NCBI RefSeq assembly: GCF_006345805.1
Contig: NC_043005.1
Location: forward strand, 49,476,001-49,540,000
Source: Octopus sinensis
Taxonomy: Eukaryota
Direction: 5' to 3'
DNA: 64,000 bases
Part shown: piece by piece, positions 12,858-25,429 of the stretch
Layout of the letters: each line of letters starts with the position of its first letter
Numbering within the stretch: the first letter of the stretch is position 1
Made by a program: the position numbers and the translations under genes
Notes under the pieces: model-generated
The model's input: the letters and a program-made list of their open reading frames with translations, nothing else
What the model was told of the DNA's origin: nothing
Database searches by the model: none

Positions 12858-14540
12858 CTAGCAAATGCACCCATCCTTTGGACAGTATAATTTATTATAA
12901 TGGTGCACTCCTGTTGACAATGGAAGTTGAATTAGCCCGCAGTTAGAAGTCGTTTCAATTGGTATGCCTAAAATGTATAATTACCATTTTCTTTAGCAGG
13001 TTATGATATGGTATTAAGAAACTTACTACTGTTTTTGAACACAAATTTGATACTTAGTAATAAATGAAAGTCCATGAAATGAGGTCGCTATTGCAATAGG
13101 CATTAGAAATCCTGTATCTTATTTGAAGTGTTTTGTATCATGTACTTATTTTCCTCATAATACTCACAGAACTGCAGTGAAGTTTTTTTTCAATGAAAGT
13201 CATGTGTGATAAAGAAAAGCAAACATTTATAGCAAACCTGCAAATAGAATAATGGCATGTACAAAAATAAATGTCTGAGCATATTTATGAGCAATCAGCG
13301 TGTGTGAAGGAAGAAAGATAATGGAAGGTAATGTACTGTTAACAGCAATCAGGGAAATGAAGCAAAATATAAATTAAATGCCTACAGGAAGTCTGATTGC
13401 TTAGGGCTACAGTTTGGCATAGATGTGAAGAATGCAGTAGAGGAATAACTACTGTAAGGCTGCTTTGTAGACAACATTTTTGTTTTCCTTCAGGAGCATA
13501 GATGAATAGTTGTCTGGTTGGCTAACCCTGGAACAACCGACGAAGAACTGTCCATGTGAAAAGCATGATTTTTGAAGGTCTAATCTGACAATTTTCAGTG
13601 ACTGACCTTGTGCTTTGTTTATTGTCATGGCAAAACTGAGTTTCAGAGGGAACTGAAGTCTCCGCATAAGACAGAAGCAGTCTGTTGGGGGTTAGCGGGA
13701 TTTTCGGAATGAAAGCGGTATTGCTTTTGCCATGTCCTGTGATGATTTGGGCTTCAATGACATGGTTCATCATTTGGTTGACTGACCACAAGGCGAGTTC
13801 CTTGGCATAGTGTGGGTGCATTTAGATTGCGCAGGTGGATGACAGGGCAACTAACTTTCAAGTGAAGTTCATGGGGAGGGAGTCCTGGAAGATCTTGGGA
13901 GTTGAGAAATTCAGTTGGAAAGTGTGTAACCTGATCGAGGCTGGTAACAGTGTTAACTGATCTGAAACAACGTTCAAAACTCTATAACTGTCACTATTTG
14001 GTATGGTTACGGGAAGGAAGTGCTAAGGTGCAAATATTGGCAATTTGCTTTGAATGGGCAATATAAAAACTGTATAACTGTAACAACTTGGTATGAGTAA
14101 AAGCATATGTATAATATGTATTAATTTCTGAAGGATTAAAAGATAATTAAAATTAGATTTAAATTGCATGGCTACGTGAAGGTAGTGCTAATATACAAAT
14201 ATGGTCGATTGGCAGTGAATGAGCATTGCAAAGAATTACGGTCGGTCATATAGACACACAAAATCTTTGAGTCTAAGGGAGACAATCAATTTCTGTGACT
14301 TCCCAAAGAGTTGTTTCACTTGTCCACTGTAGAAGGGTTTTCTCAGCTTCTGACCATTTTCTAAGTTTCTGACCAGAACTCCATATTACACCATCAGTAA
14401 AAAGTCTAAAGAGTGCACAACCATCTGTAGAATATAAGCGATGTATCTTCCAAAACGTGAACGAAATCAGATAAAAAAATATTGATTTTACGTGAGATCA
14501 AGCCAATGGTCGGTCACATACACATTTCCCGTCTTATACA
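12858..14540 (-). mobile_element. Internally deleted Helitron retaining a Pif1-helicase C-terminal fragment (~13449-13970)
   Basis: RRLQFPLKLSFAMTINKAQGQSL...CFSHGQFFVGCSRV...KNVVYK and upstream [15 protein letters not shown] are Helitron RepHel helicase motifs; 3' degenerate hairpin plus CTAG at 12858-12861. Confidence 0.85.
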
Positions 14541-14568
14541 CACACACAAACATATACATGTATATACA

Positions 14569-14617
<49 letters not shown>

Positions 14618-14672
14618 GTATGCACACATATACATATATATATATGTGTGTGTGTGTGTACATATATATATG

Positions 14673-14757
<85 letters not shown>

Positions 14758-14758
<1 letters not shown>

Positions 14759-15414
14759 AAAACTTACTTGGGAAACGAAACGACGCGAGGGTGCTCAGTC
14801 ATACAATAGTGTAATAAATAAAATATATGCATACATACATACATATATGTACGTACCTACATCTACATGTATATATACATGCATATATAAATATATATAC
14901 GTGAGTACAGGACATCACAAATAGACGTAGAACTCAACGAGAAACGAAAACGTAAAAACAAACATGGAAACGGACCTTTTTTAACAACGAAAAAACAGAG
15001 TACAAGACAAATAACACAAGGAAAATTCCCCTTCATCAGCTGTCCCTAGTACGACTCCATGCGTGTTTCGAAGGTGAGGACAGAACACGACTCGTCGAAC
15101 TAGCCCTTCCTGCGAAAGAATTAAATAAAATTCCTTTGCAGAGGGGTAAAAACAAGGAAAGAAAAAAATGTGACAAAACAGGACGTAAAAACGATACAAA
15201 TAAAATTACAAAATAAAAAAACAAATACAAAATAGAAATACAATTACAAAAAAATACAGTACAAGAAATAAAAACAAACAAGAAAACAAACAATGAGGGC
15301 CTTTTTTGGCCTAGACGAGGAAAGATTTTTAAGAGCGCAGGAAGAAAGCGTGTTCACTGTTAGGAGGCCGCAAGCGAAAGGAAGTGGTCGCCCGGCTGTG
15401 AGAGAGATGAGGAG

Positions 15415-15455
<41 letters not shown>

Positions 15456-15625
15456 GAAAACCAGAAAGGGTGAAAAAGAGAGATAGGCAAAGATGAAGAC
15501 AAGGAAGGAAGGGAAGGTCAAGCAAAGGGTTATAGAGTTTCGCGTCATAATTATATATAAAAACTTACTTGGAGGAAACGAAACGACGCGAGAGCGCTCA
15601 GTCATACAATAGTGTAATAAATAAA
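14758..15625 (-). mobile_element. Non-autonomous element with ~67-bp terminal direct repeats and a hammerhead-like motif (Penelope-associated / retrozyme-like)
   Basis: AAAAACTTACTTGG..GAAACGAAACGACGCGAG..GCTCAGTCATACAATAGTGTAATAAATAAA at ~14758-14823 and ~15559-15625; lies within (TA)n; no coding capacity. Confidence 0.6.
15033..15109 (-). ncRNA. Candidate non-circularly permuted hammerhead-like ribozyme (family 1)
   Basis: CUGAUGA, GAAA and GUU triplet with helices CUGUCC/GGACAG (I), GAAGG/CCUUC (II), CGUGU/ACACG (III) and extra helix CUAGU-CGAC/GUCG-ACUAG in scrambled order. Confidence 0.6.
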
Positions 15626-16352
15626 TATATATATGTATATACAGACACACACACACTTACATACACATTGCAGGCTTCTTTCTGTGCACAAAATCCAAAC
15701 ACTAGACTTTGGTCAATCCAGAGCTATAGTAGAAAATATTTATCCAAGTTACTGCCCTGTCATGGGACTGACCTGATTAGCAAGGATTTCGAGAAAGAGC
15801 CTAGTTTAAACATACCTTCTGTTAAATTATAATTTTTGTAGCTTTGAATACATACTCTAAAATTTTTCTTATTCATTACATTTGACAATCATTTCACAAC
15901 AGTTCTGATAAGATTGATGGTCATTACTCATTGTCATAAGCATCGCATTATTTGTGTTGCAGTTAGGTATGTCACGTTTATCTTCTTTTAATCTAATGAC
16001 TAAATATTTCCCAATTTCGTCTATGTTTCACGGTTTACATCAGCATTTGGGTTTTCTGAAATATTATTTCTCACTAACATCGACTTAATGGTAGAAGTGT
16101 ACCTAATAGTTGTATTCATATCGACATCACATCTGATTAAATCGTCTGTGGTATGTAAAAATTAGCCTTCTAACCCAGGGGTTTATTTTTTTTACCTGTC
16201 GTGAGCCCTGCACTTGATTTGACTGGATTTCAAGTAAAAATAGCCAACAGAAAATGATTTACGATCACGTAAAAATAGACACTGCGTTTTTAAAATAAAT
16301 TTAAAACAATCAGATAAATACTTCATAAAAAAGTATGAAATAATTTTCTTAC

Positions 16353-16433
16353 ATTTCAGCAGTCTTGCTGCCTAGCCTATCCAGCTCCTGGTTTTGAGTC
16401 CTGACAAGTTGAAGTGATCAGACGGTCCGCAGT
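16353..16433 (-). other. Non-coding exon (5'UTR or lncRNA) of a - strand transcript
   Basis: Acceptor tctttctatttcttcAG, donor AT|GTAAGA; stops in all three frames; upstream donor CAG|GTAAGC at 16492 would give a 59-nt intron. Confidence 0.5.
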
Positions 16434-16439
16434 CTGAAG

Positions 16440-16900
16440 AAATAGAAAGACAACCGATGCGACCCCAGCCCACCCGCACATTCTAAGCTTACCTGACCTA
16501 CGCGTCCACATCAACATTTGTGACGTGATGTTATACCATGACAGGCCAAGCTAACCTCAACCATACTACATAAACACTGGCTGATATGCAACATACAAAA
16601 AAGGTCACTAAAATATCATTAATCGTTGAAAATAAACTTAAGAGATATGCAGTCTTAAAGACGAAGACGATCACCATGCTCGCGTCCGCAGCCGCCCACG
16701 ACCCACCTTAGGTAACGAGTAAAAGCTGACGATCGTGGGAATTTCCTTGTCTTTGTTACGCCCTCCTTGGTGCTCCCTAGTATATCTCGCCCCGGGCGAC
16801 TACCCGAGTTGCCGATACCTTGAGCCGGCTCTGACAGTGAGTCATCTGGATCATATTTAGACCTTTCGCCAGATTATTTAATAGGCTAACATAAGTTGTC
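16440..16900. promoter_or_regulatory. CpG/GC-enriched promoter-like region, possibly bidirectional
   Basis: Local CpG enrichment in non-repetitive sequence; CRE-like TGACGTGA (~16521), TGAGTCA (~16838); splice donors pointing outward on both strands (16492 -, ~16711 +). Confidence 0.45.
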
Positions 16901-17448
16901 CACAACTGCAGATTGTTGGCTACAGGTTCTATCATGAAAAGAGTACAAGAAGTAAATAAATCTTATTATTTGACTTTTATTAGCACTCAAACATTAAACA
17001 AACTTTAGTTATAATACAGGGATTGTCTGAAAACAAAACAATATAAACAAAAACTTAATATGCTCAACGATTAATGAGAATAATATTACAGTTGGGATAC
17101 GTGGTCTAGTTTTCAATCGGTGACGACAACAAGTGTTCCAGCTGATTCAATCAACAGAACAGTCTACTTGTGGAATTAACATGCAAGTGGCTGAACATGG
17201 ATACCCTTAACATAGTCCCCAGGGAGATTCAGCGTGACACAACGAATGCGACAAGTCTAGCCCACCGAAATACAGGTACAACTCAATTCTAGCAGCTGCG
17301 TGAACTGGAGCAATGCGAAATAAACTGTGTGTTGCTCAAGGAGACTATACACTACCGGGAATCGAATTCATGACTCTTAAGATCGCGAGTTGAATACCCA
17401 AGCCATTAAGCCACACGCATTCGGCATAAACATGAGTATGCATATATA

Positions 17449-17960
17449 CCGTAAATCCTCGAGGATAATCCGCATTTTTCCCCCAAAATTTAAAGGTCAA
17501 AATCCCTAGTGCGTACTATATGCGAGGTTAAAAATGAAGATTATTTTTTAAGCAATGTCCGAGTCTCTATTTGCTGTCTGGCTATGTTTATTCAGACGCA
17601 TTTTGTGATGTCGGGCGCGAAAATACCTTAAGCTAAGCCTGAAAGCAATGAAGTCATAAAACAATAATCTAAAACTTGCAATAAGCAACTTTTATTAAAC
17701 GTTATTACTGTTATTCCTTTATTTTCTGCAAACAAAATGCACAAAAAGCTACACGTTTGCACTATGTTATATATACAATAATAATAAAAGACGTTACTGT
17801 ATACATTTTTACAAACCAAGGTCGTTATATAGACCTCCTTGACTCAAGTTAGAGAAGGGGTGCGTATTATACACAAGGTTTAGGTTTTGCAGAGGTACAG
17901 TCCCCCTAAAAATCCCCTGCGTATTATACTCAAGGGCGGACTATACTCGAGGATTTACGG
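17449..17960. mobile_element. Tc1/mariner (pogo/Tc2-like) MITE
   Basis: TIRs CCGTAAATCCTCGAG / CTCGAGGATTTACGG, TA target duplication on both sides, repeated subterminal TGCGTAYTATA motifs. Confidence 0.9.
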
Positions 17961-18092
17961 TATGTGTGTGTGTGTGTGTGTACATACAAATACAGTCATA
18001 GATATATGGAGAAGGAGAGAACTCCTACTCGATGGGTTTCCATGTGGTGGATAGGAGAATGATATGTAGTTATAGGAGTTAGTGGTGAATAT

Positions 18093-18620
18093 TCTTTTCT
18101 ACCCTAGGCACAAGGCCCGAAATTTTGGGGGAGCATGCCAGTCTATTAGATCGACACCAGTACGCAACTGGTACTTAATTTCATCCCGAAAAGGTGAAAG
18201 GTAAAGTCGACTTCGGCAGAATTTGAACTCAGAACGTAAAGACAGACGAAATACGGCTAAGCATTTCGCCCGGCGTGCTAACTTTTTTATTTCTTTATTG
18301 CCCACAAGGGGCTAAACATAGAGGGGACAAACAAGGACAGGCAAAGGTATTAAGTCGATTACATCGATCCCAGTGTGTAACTGGTACTTAATTTATCGAC
18401 CCCGAAAGGATGTCGACCTCGGCGGAATTTGAACTCAGAACGTAACGGCAGACGGAATGCTACAACGCATTTCGCCTGGCGTGGTTACGTTTCTGACAGC
18501 TTGCCGCCTTAAAAATATTCTTTTCTACTCTAGGCACAAGGCCCAAAGTTTTTGGGGAGGGGTGGCGGGCAGTCGATTAGATCGACCCCAGTACGCCCGG
18601 CGTGCTAACGTTTCTGCCAT
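18093..18620 (-). mobile_element. Cluster of three family-B SINE copies
   Basis: Repeated ctggtacttaattt..cccgaaagg..gtcgac..ggcggaatttgaactcagaacg segments. Other copies at ~42558-42770, 44354-44750, 46415-46615, 59200-59672. Confidence 0.85.
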
Positions 18621-19639
18621 AGGAAGCGCAGTGGATGAGCAATTTCAGTAGAAGAATCATCCACAGACCAACGGCAATACCTACATGATGCAAGGCAGCA
18701 TCAGTGAAGTCAACAGGCAGGATCGCTAAGCATCCTCAGTGTATATATCACTGCTAATGTCTATAGACCTGGTGACCATGGATGTAATTAGCTAAAGAAA
18801 AATTTCATCCAAGCAAGATCAGCCAGACAATGTTACAATCTCACCAAGTTTAAGAAAACTTCATATCTCTTCAGTGATTCTTTTACAGCGTCTAGAATGC
18901 TGAATTTCATTACCCTTATCTGCAAGGTAACTTAAATGGCCAAACAGTTATTTGTGTTGCATGAATGTTGGTCATGGGCTTTCCTGTTGTAGACGAGAGA
19001 TGAAGGTTCCTCAGTTTCTTGCTGAACGACCTGCACAAGTAATTTTGTTCAAAGAGCTCATTCACGTGATCAAATCAACATTGCCTATGCAGATGCTCGG
19101 CATACCACATGACAGAAGTTGAAGTGTTTGCCAAATAACATGAAACGAAGTTTCTTGCTCAAGAACATAGCTGAGTCTAGAAATCGAAAATGATGATTTT
19201 GCGTGCAACACCCTAACCAAGAAGGCATGCGCTTTCACATGAATATTAATAATACTGGGTCGAACACCTCAGCCATACATACTGATATTTAAATCTGATG
19301 CAGTATTTTATTAGCGGATTCATTAAGAATTGGAGTAATGTTACCTGAATTTAAGGCAAACTTTTGGAATAGTGAAGAAATCGAATTTTGGGTGGAAGGG
19401 ATTTTTCCTACATTTTATAGTATCCCACTTTTAAAAACACGCTTGGGCTGAATTAGTAAAAAATATAACCCTTTTTTCAAACGTCTTCACCCCCAACCCA
19501 CATTGTGCCTTTTGAACAGCAACCACCACTAAATTTAATTTCTCTGTCATTATATTTTATCATGATACAACATCCAACACATTGAAACACTCTTAATCTG
19601 CATTTTTATGGGGGGGGGGATTCCTATTTCCCCAACCCC

Positions 19640-20015
19640 ATCATCGTACTTTTCAGACCTGACGGCCTCACCCTGTGCCCCTGGTCGAGATGCAGATGCT
19701 TTGTCTGGGACGTCACAGTTAGCGATTCCTTTGCTTCTTCTCACATCCTGGATGATACGGCCAGGGCGAGATCCACAACTTCTGCGGCCGAGCGGAACGA
19801 AATCCTGAAGTACCGCAATCTGTCAGCCAACTACGTTTTCCATCCTGGGGCGTTCGAGACGTTTGGTGGAGTCGGACCACTGACTGCGAAATTTGTTTTC
19901 ACTGGCAGCTCGCCTAGCTGAGGTAACTGGTGAAGCTCGTGAGGGTGCTTGGTTGTTCCAGGGCATCAACATCGCCATACCCGCGGCAACACTGCAAGCG
20001 TGCTAGCGTGCCTCA
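19640..20015 (+). mobile_element. CRE-clade non-LTR retrotransposon 3' fragment (RLE domain)
   Basis: RPDGLTLCPWSRCRCFVWDVT...KYRNLSANYVFHPGAFETFGGVGP...VTGEAREGAWLFQGINIAI..RGNTASVL matches the CRE-type RLE consensus. Confidence 0.8.
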
Positions 20016-21185
20016 ATAATCATTAGAGAGGTTTTCCAGCCCCCCCCCAATTTCAACCTAAGATGGGGAATTGCATTTGTTTTTTTTTAATGATGTTTTT
20101 TTTCGTGTGTTTATTGTTTTGTAATTTTTTTCAATTGTGTTCTCTGTTTCGTCCATTTTCCTAATTTAATTTTTTTTTCTAATTTATGTCATGTTTCACG
20201 AAAACACTGTCTCAGAGAATGTGTTTCCTGTCGCCAAAATACATTTCTTCATTTCAAAACATTTCTTTTTCTGTGCACGTTTTCTAACTAAATAAATATT
20301 TCTTTGTGGTAGGGGTTCATTATTTTCTTATTCGCGAGTCGAAACACGTAAATGGGAAAAAAGTCATTCAAGTTCGTTTGTCAACGCAAGCACTGTTGAA
20401 ATCAGGTCTGTGTTAATAAATCCTTGTTTTCATCTTAGTTTCATTTTTTTTTTATGTGGTATACTCTTTTACTTGTTTCAGTCATTTGACTACGGCCATG
20501 CTGGAGCACCACCTTTAGTCGAGCAAATCGACCCCGGGACTTATTCTTTGTAAGCCTAGTACTTATTCTGTCGGTCTCTTTGGTGAACCGCTAAGTTACG
20601 GGGACTTAAACAAACCAACATCATTTGTCACAGCTCACACATACAAATATGTGTGTGTGTGTGTGTGTATGTGTGTATAGAAGCCCGTCGTTTAATACAC
20701 ATACACACACACTACGGGCCTCTACAGAGTTTCTGTCTATCAAATTTACTCACAAGGATCGCTTGTTCAAGATGCCACGCAGTGTGACTGAACCTAAAAC
20801 CACGTGGTTGCAAAGGCGAACTTCTTAACCATACAGCCACGAAATCTGCTAAAAGAAATTTCTAAGTGTATTAAATTTTGAATATGACTAGAAAAGAAAA
20901 AGGACAAAGAAAAAAGCCAATCCAAAAAATAGTTTCGGAATTGTAGATTCTACATGTATATAATTGTGAGTTAATGGAAGTAGTTTACGTGGATCGATAG
21001 CATGTATGTGAATGTAGGCGGCGATATACAAAATATTGTAAATGAGTTTTTTTTTAATGAATTGACATTTGTCTTTTAGTTGGATGAAAAAAAAAAGCAA
21101 AAAGTAGATGTAATTCTTAGCGACTTGGTCCTCATTCTTAATAGGGGTGAGATTGATTCTGATCTTTATTAGCAAAGAAGATGAT

Positions 21186-21226
21186 AGCTAGACATGTTTC
21201 GTGATAATTAGACTTCATCAGTGTTG
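21186..21226 (-). ncRNA. Minimal type I hammerhead-like motif (intact core, decayed helices)
   Basis: CUGAUGA-A-GU...AC-GAAA-CAUG-UC with palindromic stem III ACAUGU; stem I poorly paired. Confidence 0.4.
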
Positions 21227-21489
21227 ACTGCAAGAGACAAAAACTGTTACGAAAATTTTTGGCTTGTATAGTTTGCATAATTATAAAAAGTGAGCTAAGG
21301 GAAAAAATACAAGTGGGCAAGTGGCGTAAATTTATGTAAGAATGAAAATTCGATTTTCTGTTAAATTAATTTTAAGTTCTTGAAATTACCTCTCCTTTTC
21401 TATAAGTGTCACTAATAATTGCCGTTAGGTTTTTGATTTCTTTTTTCAAATAAAAGGCAAGTTTCAAGACATTTAAATTTCCTTCGCGT

Positions 21490-21740
21490 GATGAGATGTT
21501 GCTTCACATCGCTGGTCACAATGCGCTTCGCATTGTTTTAGCCTTCAAAGGACGCCACCCCGCTGGCTAAGCGAGCAGGCCAACAGAAGAAAGAGTGAGA
21601 GAAAGTTGTGGCTAAAGAGTACAGCAGGGATCGCAACCGCAGCATCGTGGAACTTCAGGTGTTTTCGCTGCCCGGTCTGGGAATCGAAACCGCGATCCTA
21701 CGACCGCGAGTCCGCTGCCCTAACCACTGGGCCATTGTAG
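21490..21740 (-). mobile_element. tRNA-derived SINE (family C), internally deleted
   Basis: Head tggcccagtggttagggcagcggactcgcggtcgtaggatcgcggtttcgattccc with A/B boxes, followed by non-tRNA body. Related copies at ~17130-17420, 41053-41312, 57515-57845, 61230-61535. Confidence 0.8.
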
Positions 21741-22677
21741 TATATGTCAGAATAAATATATTTGTATACAATGAAACAAACTATTTTAACATATATGGAC
21801 TAAAATGACTAAAAATGACCAGTTCTTTGATGCATAGCATACAGCTGGTGAATGCCTGATAATGCATGCGCTCTACGTACAAGAGCGGACATAGTAGATG
21901 CATAGAATCCATAATGGAAACAGGCATAGTGTAAGTGTACCGGAGAGACTTCTATTTGGCTTCTTGAAGTCGAAGTTACTCATAAGTTTTGTTGCATGCA
22001 GCTTTGGAGTTTTCGAATCCAAGGTCGTACAAATATCTTAAAATAGCCATAACCGAGAGACAAGCCAAGTTCATTGTAAGTCTACCGATAGTGAAGCAGT
22101 TTCCATTTGTGAGAGTTAGTTGAGCGCCATTTACAAAACAATTTGCAGTCTGTAGCATCGTCAGCGCTTGCCAATACCGTCTGCCCGGACGACGTTACCA
22201 TTTCAATATTAGGTTGGCTATACGTAACCTGTGAAGATGTGTGGCCTAATAGTTAACATGGCTTCTTTATTTTAATATCTCACATTTGATTTCTTGATCG
22301 GGTGGTGTGTTGTATCTTTAAACCTCTTTCTCGTCGGCAATCACATCCAGGATGTCCCACTTAGTCGACAGTAAACGGGCCCCGAGTGGTTATACAGAAG
22401 CTTAATAAAATTAGCGAAAAACATAGTACACGCCACCAAGTCGCATTCGCTTACGAATGACCGCTGTAGTTAATTATATTCAATTTGCTTACATCAGTGA
22501 CATTCAAGTTATTTATTGAATCATTATCACTATTTAAAACAGAGGAAGTAAACAGTAACGTTCTTGTTTTTTTGAGAGGTTTTTCGAAACTTCGGAAACG
22601 TTTGTATTTTTTCTTTTTTGGAGGGGTGGGGTAGACTAGGTTATTACCAACAATTTTGATTATAAATATTGTTCAAG

Positions 22678-23114
22678 TTGGCGGGATTCTGCTTTAAGCA
22701 CGCCATAACTTTTTTATGTTTTGGAATTTTCAGAAAATTTTTGCGAATTTGTTCTACATACGGGAATTCATACGACTATACAAAAACCATTTAAGGAGGA
22801 ATTTAGTTGTTATTTTTAGCACCTCTCACGACCACTTCATACCGTCTTCTTTTGTTTGCCACTCTGCGGTATTGATGTCTTTCAATATCTTTCTCCCCAT
22901 AAACACGTTTGATGGCCCATTGCTGGGATTTAAGCCAAAAATTCGGACTGTCCGCATTTTAAACTGTGAATTAAAAAGAAAAAGAAAAAAAAAATTTTTT
23001 TCATAGTTGTATGAATTCCCGCGTGTAGAACAAAATGCTTCTGAAAATTAAAAAAAAAAAAAAAAGAGAAGTTATGAGGAGTTATATGGTGTTTTTAAAG
23101 TAGAATTCCTCCAA
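22678..23114. mobile_element. MITE with ~110-bp imperfect terminal inverted repeats
   Basis: TTGGCGGGATTCTGCTTTAAG..TTTTCAGAA..TTGTTCTACATACGGGAATTCATACGACTAT is mirrored by ATAGTTGTATGAATTCCCGCGTGTAGAACAA..TTCTGAAAA..TTAAAGTAGAATTCCTCCAA. Confidence 0.75.
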
Positions 23115-23758
23115 GTTGTTAAATTACCGTTCCTCTGTACAACCATAGTTAGCACTTCTCGGTACTTTCTATTGTTGTTCAATACTTAAAAGAATGTAAG
23201 CCATCAGGCATTTCTTGGTAAGTTCTTCCACAAAATACTGCAACGTCCCTTATTTTGGGGGATTTCTTGAACATAAGTGTTCTGAAGTATTTTGTCGTGT
23301 GTGAATCGAAATTGTTCAAATAACAGCTTATGTATTAGGAGTAAAGAATTTTGCAAAATGGTCTAATATTAAAGTAAGTGTATGTTATGATTTTATGCAT
23401 ATAAAGAATATAAGGTGATATATACTGGCAGACAGATACATGCGCGCACACACACACACATATGAATGGATTAAGAATGGTGATTGACCTTTTGGAACAT
23501 CTTTGTGACAAGTATCTCATTGTTTTAATTGAGAATCTGGTACTTTGGAACGAAATTAAAAAACAAAGTCGTTTTGAATAATAATAATCGTCTTGTTACT
23601 TTTTAGTATCAGTCAAGTGACATCTCAGAAAACTTTCTTTAGATTAATTCTTAAAGAAGCTAAACGAGTGGTTTTTCTCGAAGTTTCTTTGGAATCAGTA
23701 TAAAATCTAAGCCGTAAAAAAAAGAGTAAATCATAAACTAGAAAGAGTATTAGAAATC

Positions 23759-23926
23759 ATGTTCACGTTTTTGAAATCGCGATCAAAATGTAGAAACAAA
23801 AAATACATTTATACCACTCTTTATAAGAATCCAAACGCCCTAATGGATCCTAACTTTATTTGGAAAAATGGTATCCAGCTACCGGGACACATTCCGAGAA
23901 TTACTCACCAAAAGCTTTGCCTTACA
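23759..23926 (+). CDS. Possible first coding exon (MFTFLKSRSKCRNKKYIYTTLYKNPNALMDPNFIWKNGIQLPGHIPRITHQKLCLT)
   Basis: atcATG, 56 open codons in non-repetitive DNA ending at a perfect GTAAGT donor (23927); no partner exon identified. Confidence 0.35.
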
Positions 23927-24892
23927 GTAAGTTAAATACTCGTATTACAGCAAATTTTTGTGATTTAGTAAATTTATTTGTATTTTTAGTCTAACGTGAA
24001 ACAACTGCATTTATGCACGTTCATATACATTTACACACCAGAAATATTCATCGTGTGTACATTGTTAAATAAGTGCACACAAACTTGTTTATAAACTGGA
24101 ATAAGTTAGAGGAGTGAGGAGAGAATAATTCTAAGAAATCAGGTAAGGCTCTTTGTTAGAGAAAAAGAATTATTTTCTTTTTGAAGAAGGATCTTGCTGT
24201 AAAACTTAGAATTCTTTTCGCTCAGCTAATACACACACCCGTTTATTACAATTTACGAATGTGATTTAACTGATTTTTACTGAACATACCATCACGAATT
24301 TTCACAAACTCTAAACTGTGTCTTTTCTGCATAAGACCAACTTGTATTTACTATTCTAATAATGATCAATAACTTGCCAACACATCACTTTCTTCTTCGG
24401 GCAAGTGACTTCTACTATAGTCTTAGTTAAACCAAAACCTTGTGAGTGGATTTGGCAGACGGAAACTGGAAGAAGCCCATCGTATATTATATTCTCTTTT
24501 ACTTGTTTCAGTCATTTGACTGCGGCCGCGGTGGAATACCGCCTTTAGTCGAAAAATCGACCCTAGGACTTATTCTTTGTAAGCCCAGTACTTATTCTAT
24601 CGGGGACGTAAACACACCAACAGTGGTTGTCCAGCGATGGTAGGGGGCCAAACACAGACACACAAATACAAACACACACACATGACGGGCTTCTTTCAGT
24701 GTCCATCTACCAAATCCATCCACAGGGCTTTGGTAGGTCCCAGGCTTTAGTAGAAAACACTTTCCCAAGTTGCCACGCAGTGAGACCGAACCCAGAATCG
24801 TGCGATTGGGAAGCAAGCCTCTTACCACACAACCACTCCTGCGCCAAAAACTTTGTTAAACATTTTTTGTTCGACGTGCTAACGATTCAGCC

Positions 24893-24894
<2 letters not shown>

Positions 24895-24958
<64 letters not shown>

Positions 24959-24972
24959 TATATATATACATG

Positions 24973-25036
<64 letters not shown>

Positions 25037-25387
25037 CATACACACACATATATACATGTGTATATATATATATATATATACACACACGTACACATGTATA
25101 TATACACACGTATACATGTATATATATATACATGTATATATATACACACATATACATGTATATATATATACACATATACATGTATGTATATATATATATA
25201 TATACATATATACATGTATGTATATATATATACACATATACATGTATGTATATACACATATACATGTATATATATATACATGTGTGTATATACACACATA
25301 TACATGTATATATATATACATGTGTGTATATACACACATATACATGTATATATACATGTATATATATATATATATACATGTATATAT

Positions 25388-25429
<42 letters not shown>

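Noticed and set aside
21668-21737. tRNA-like sequence on - strand
   Set aside because: No proper acceptor stem or terminator; it is the head of a multi-copy SINE.
21976-22228. Minus-strand exon or FHA-like peptide (CFVNG..L..G..F.IG)
   Set aside because: Spacing too short for FHA; acceptor is in a different frame from the motif; no convincing donor.
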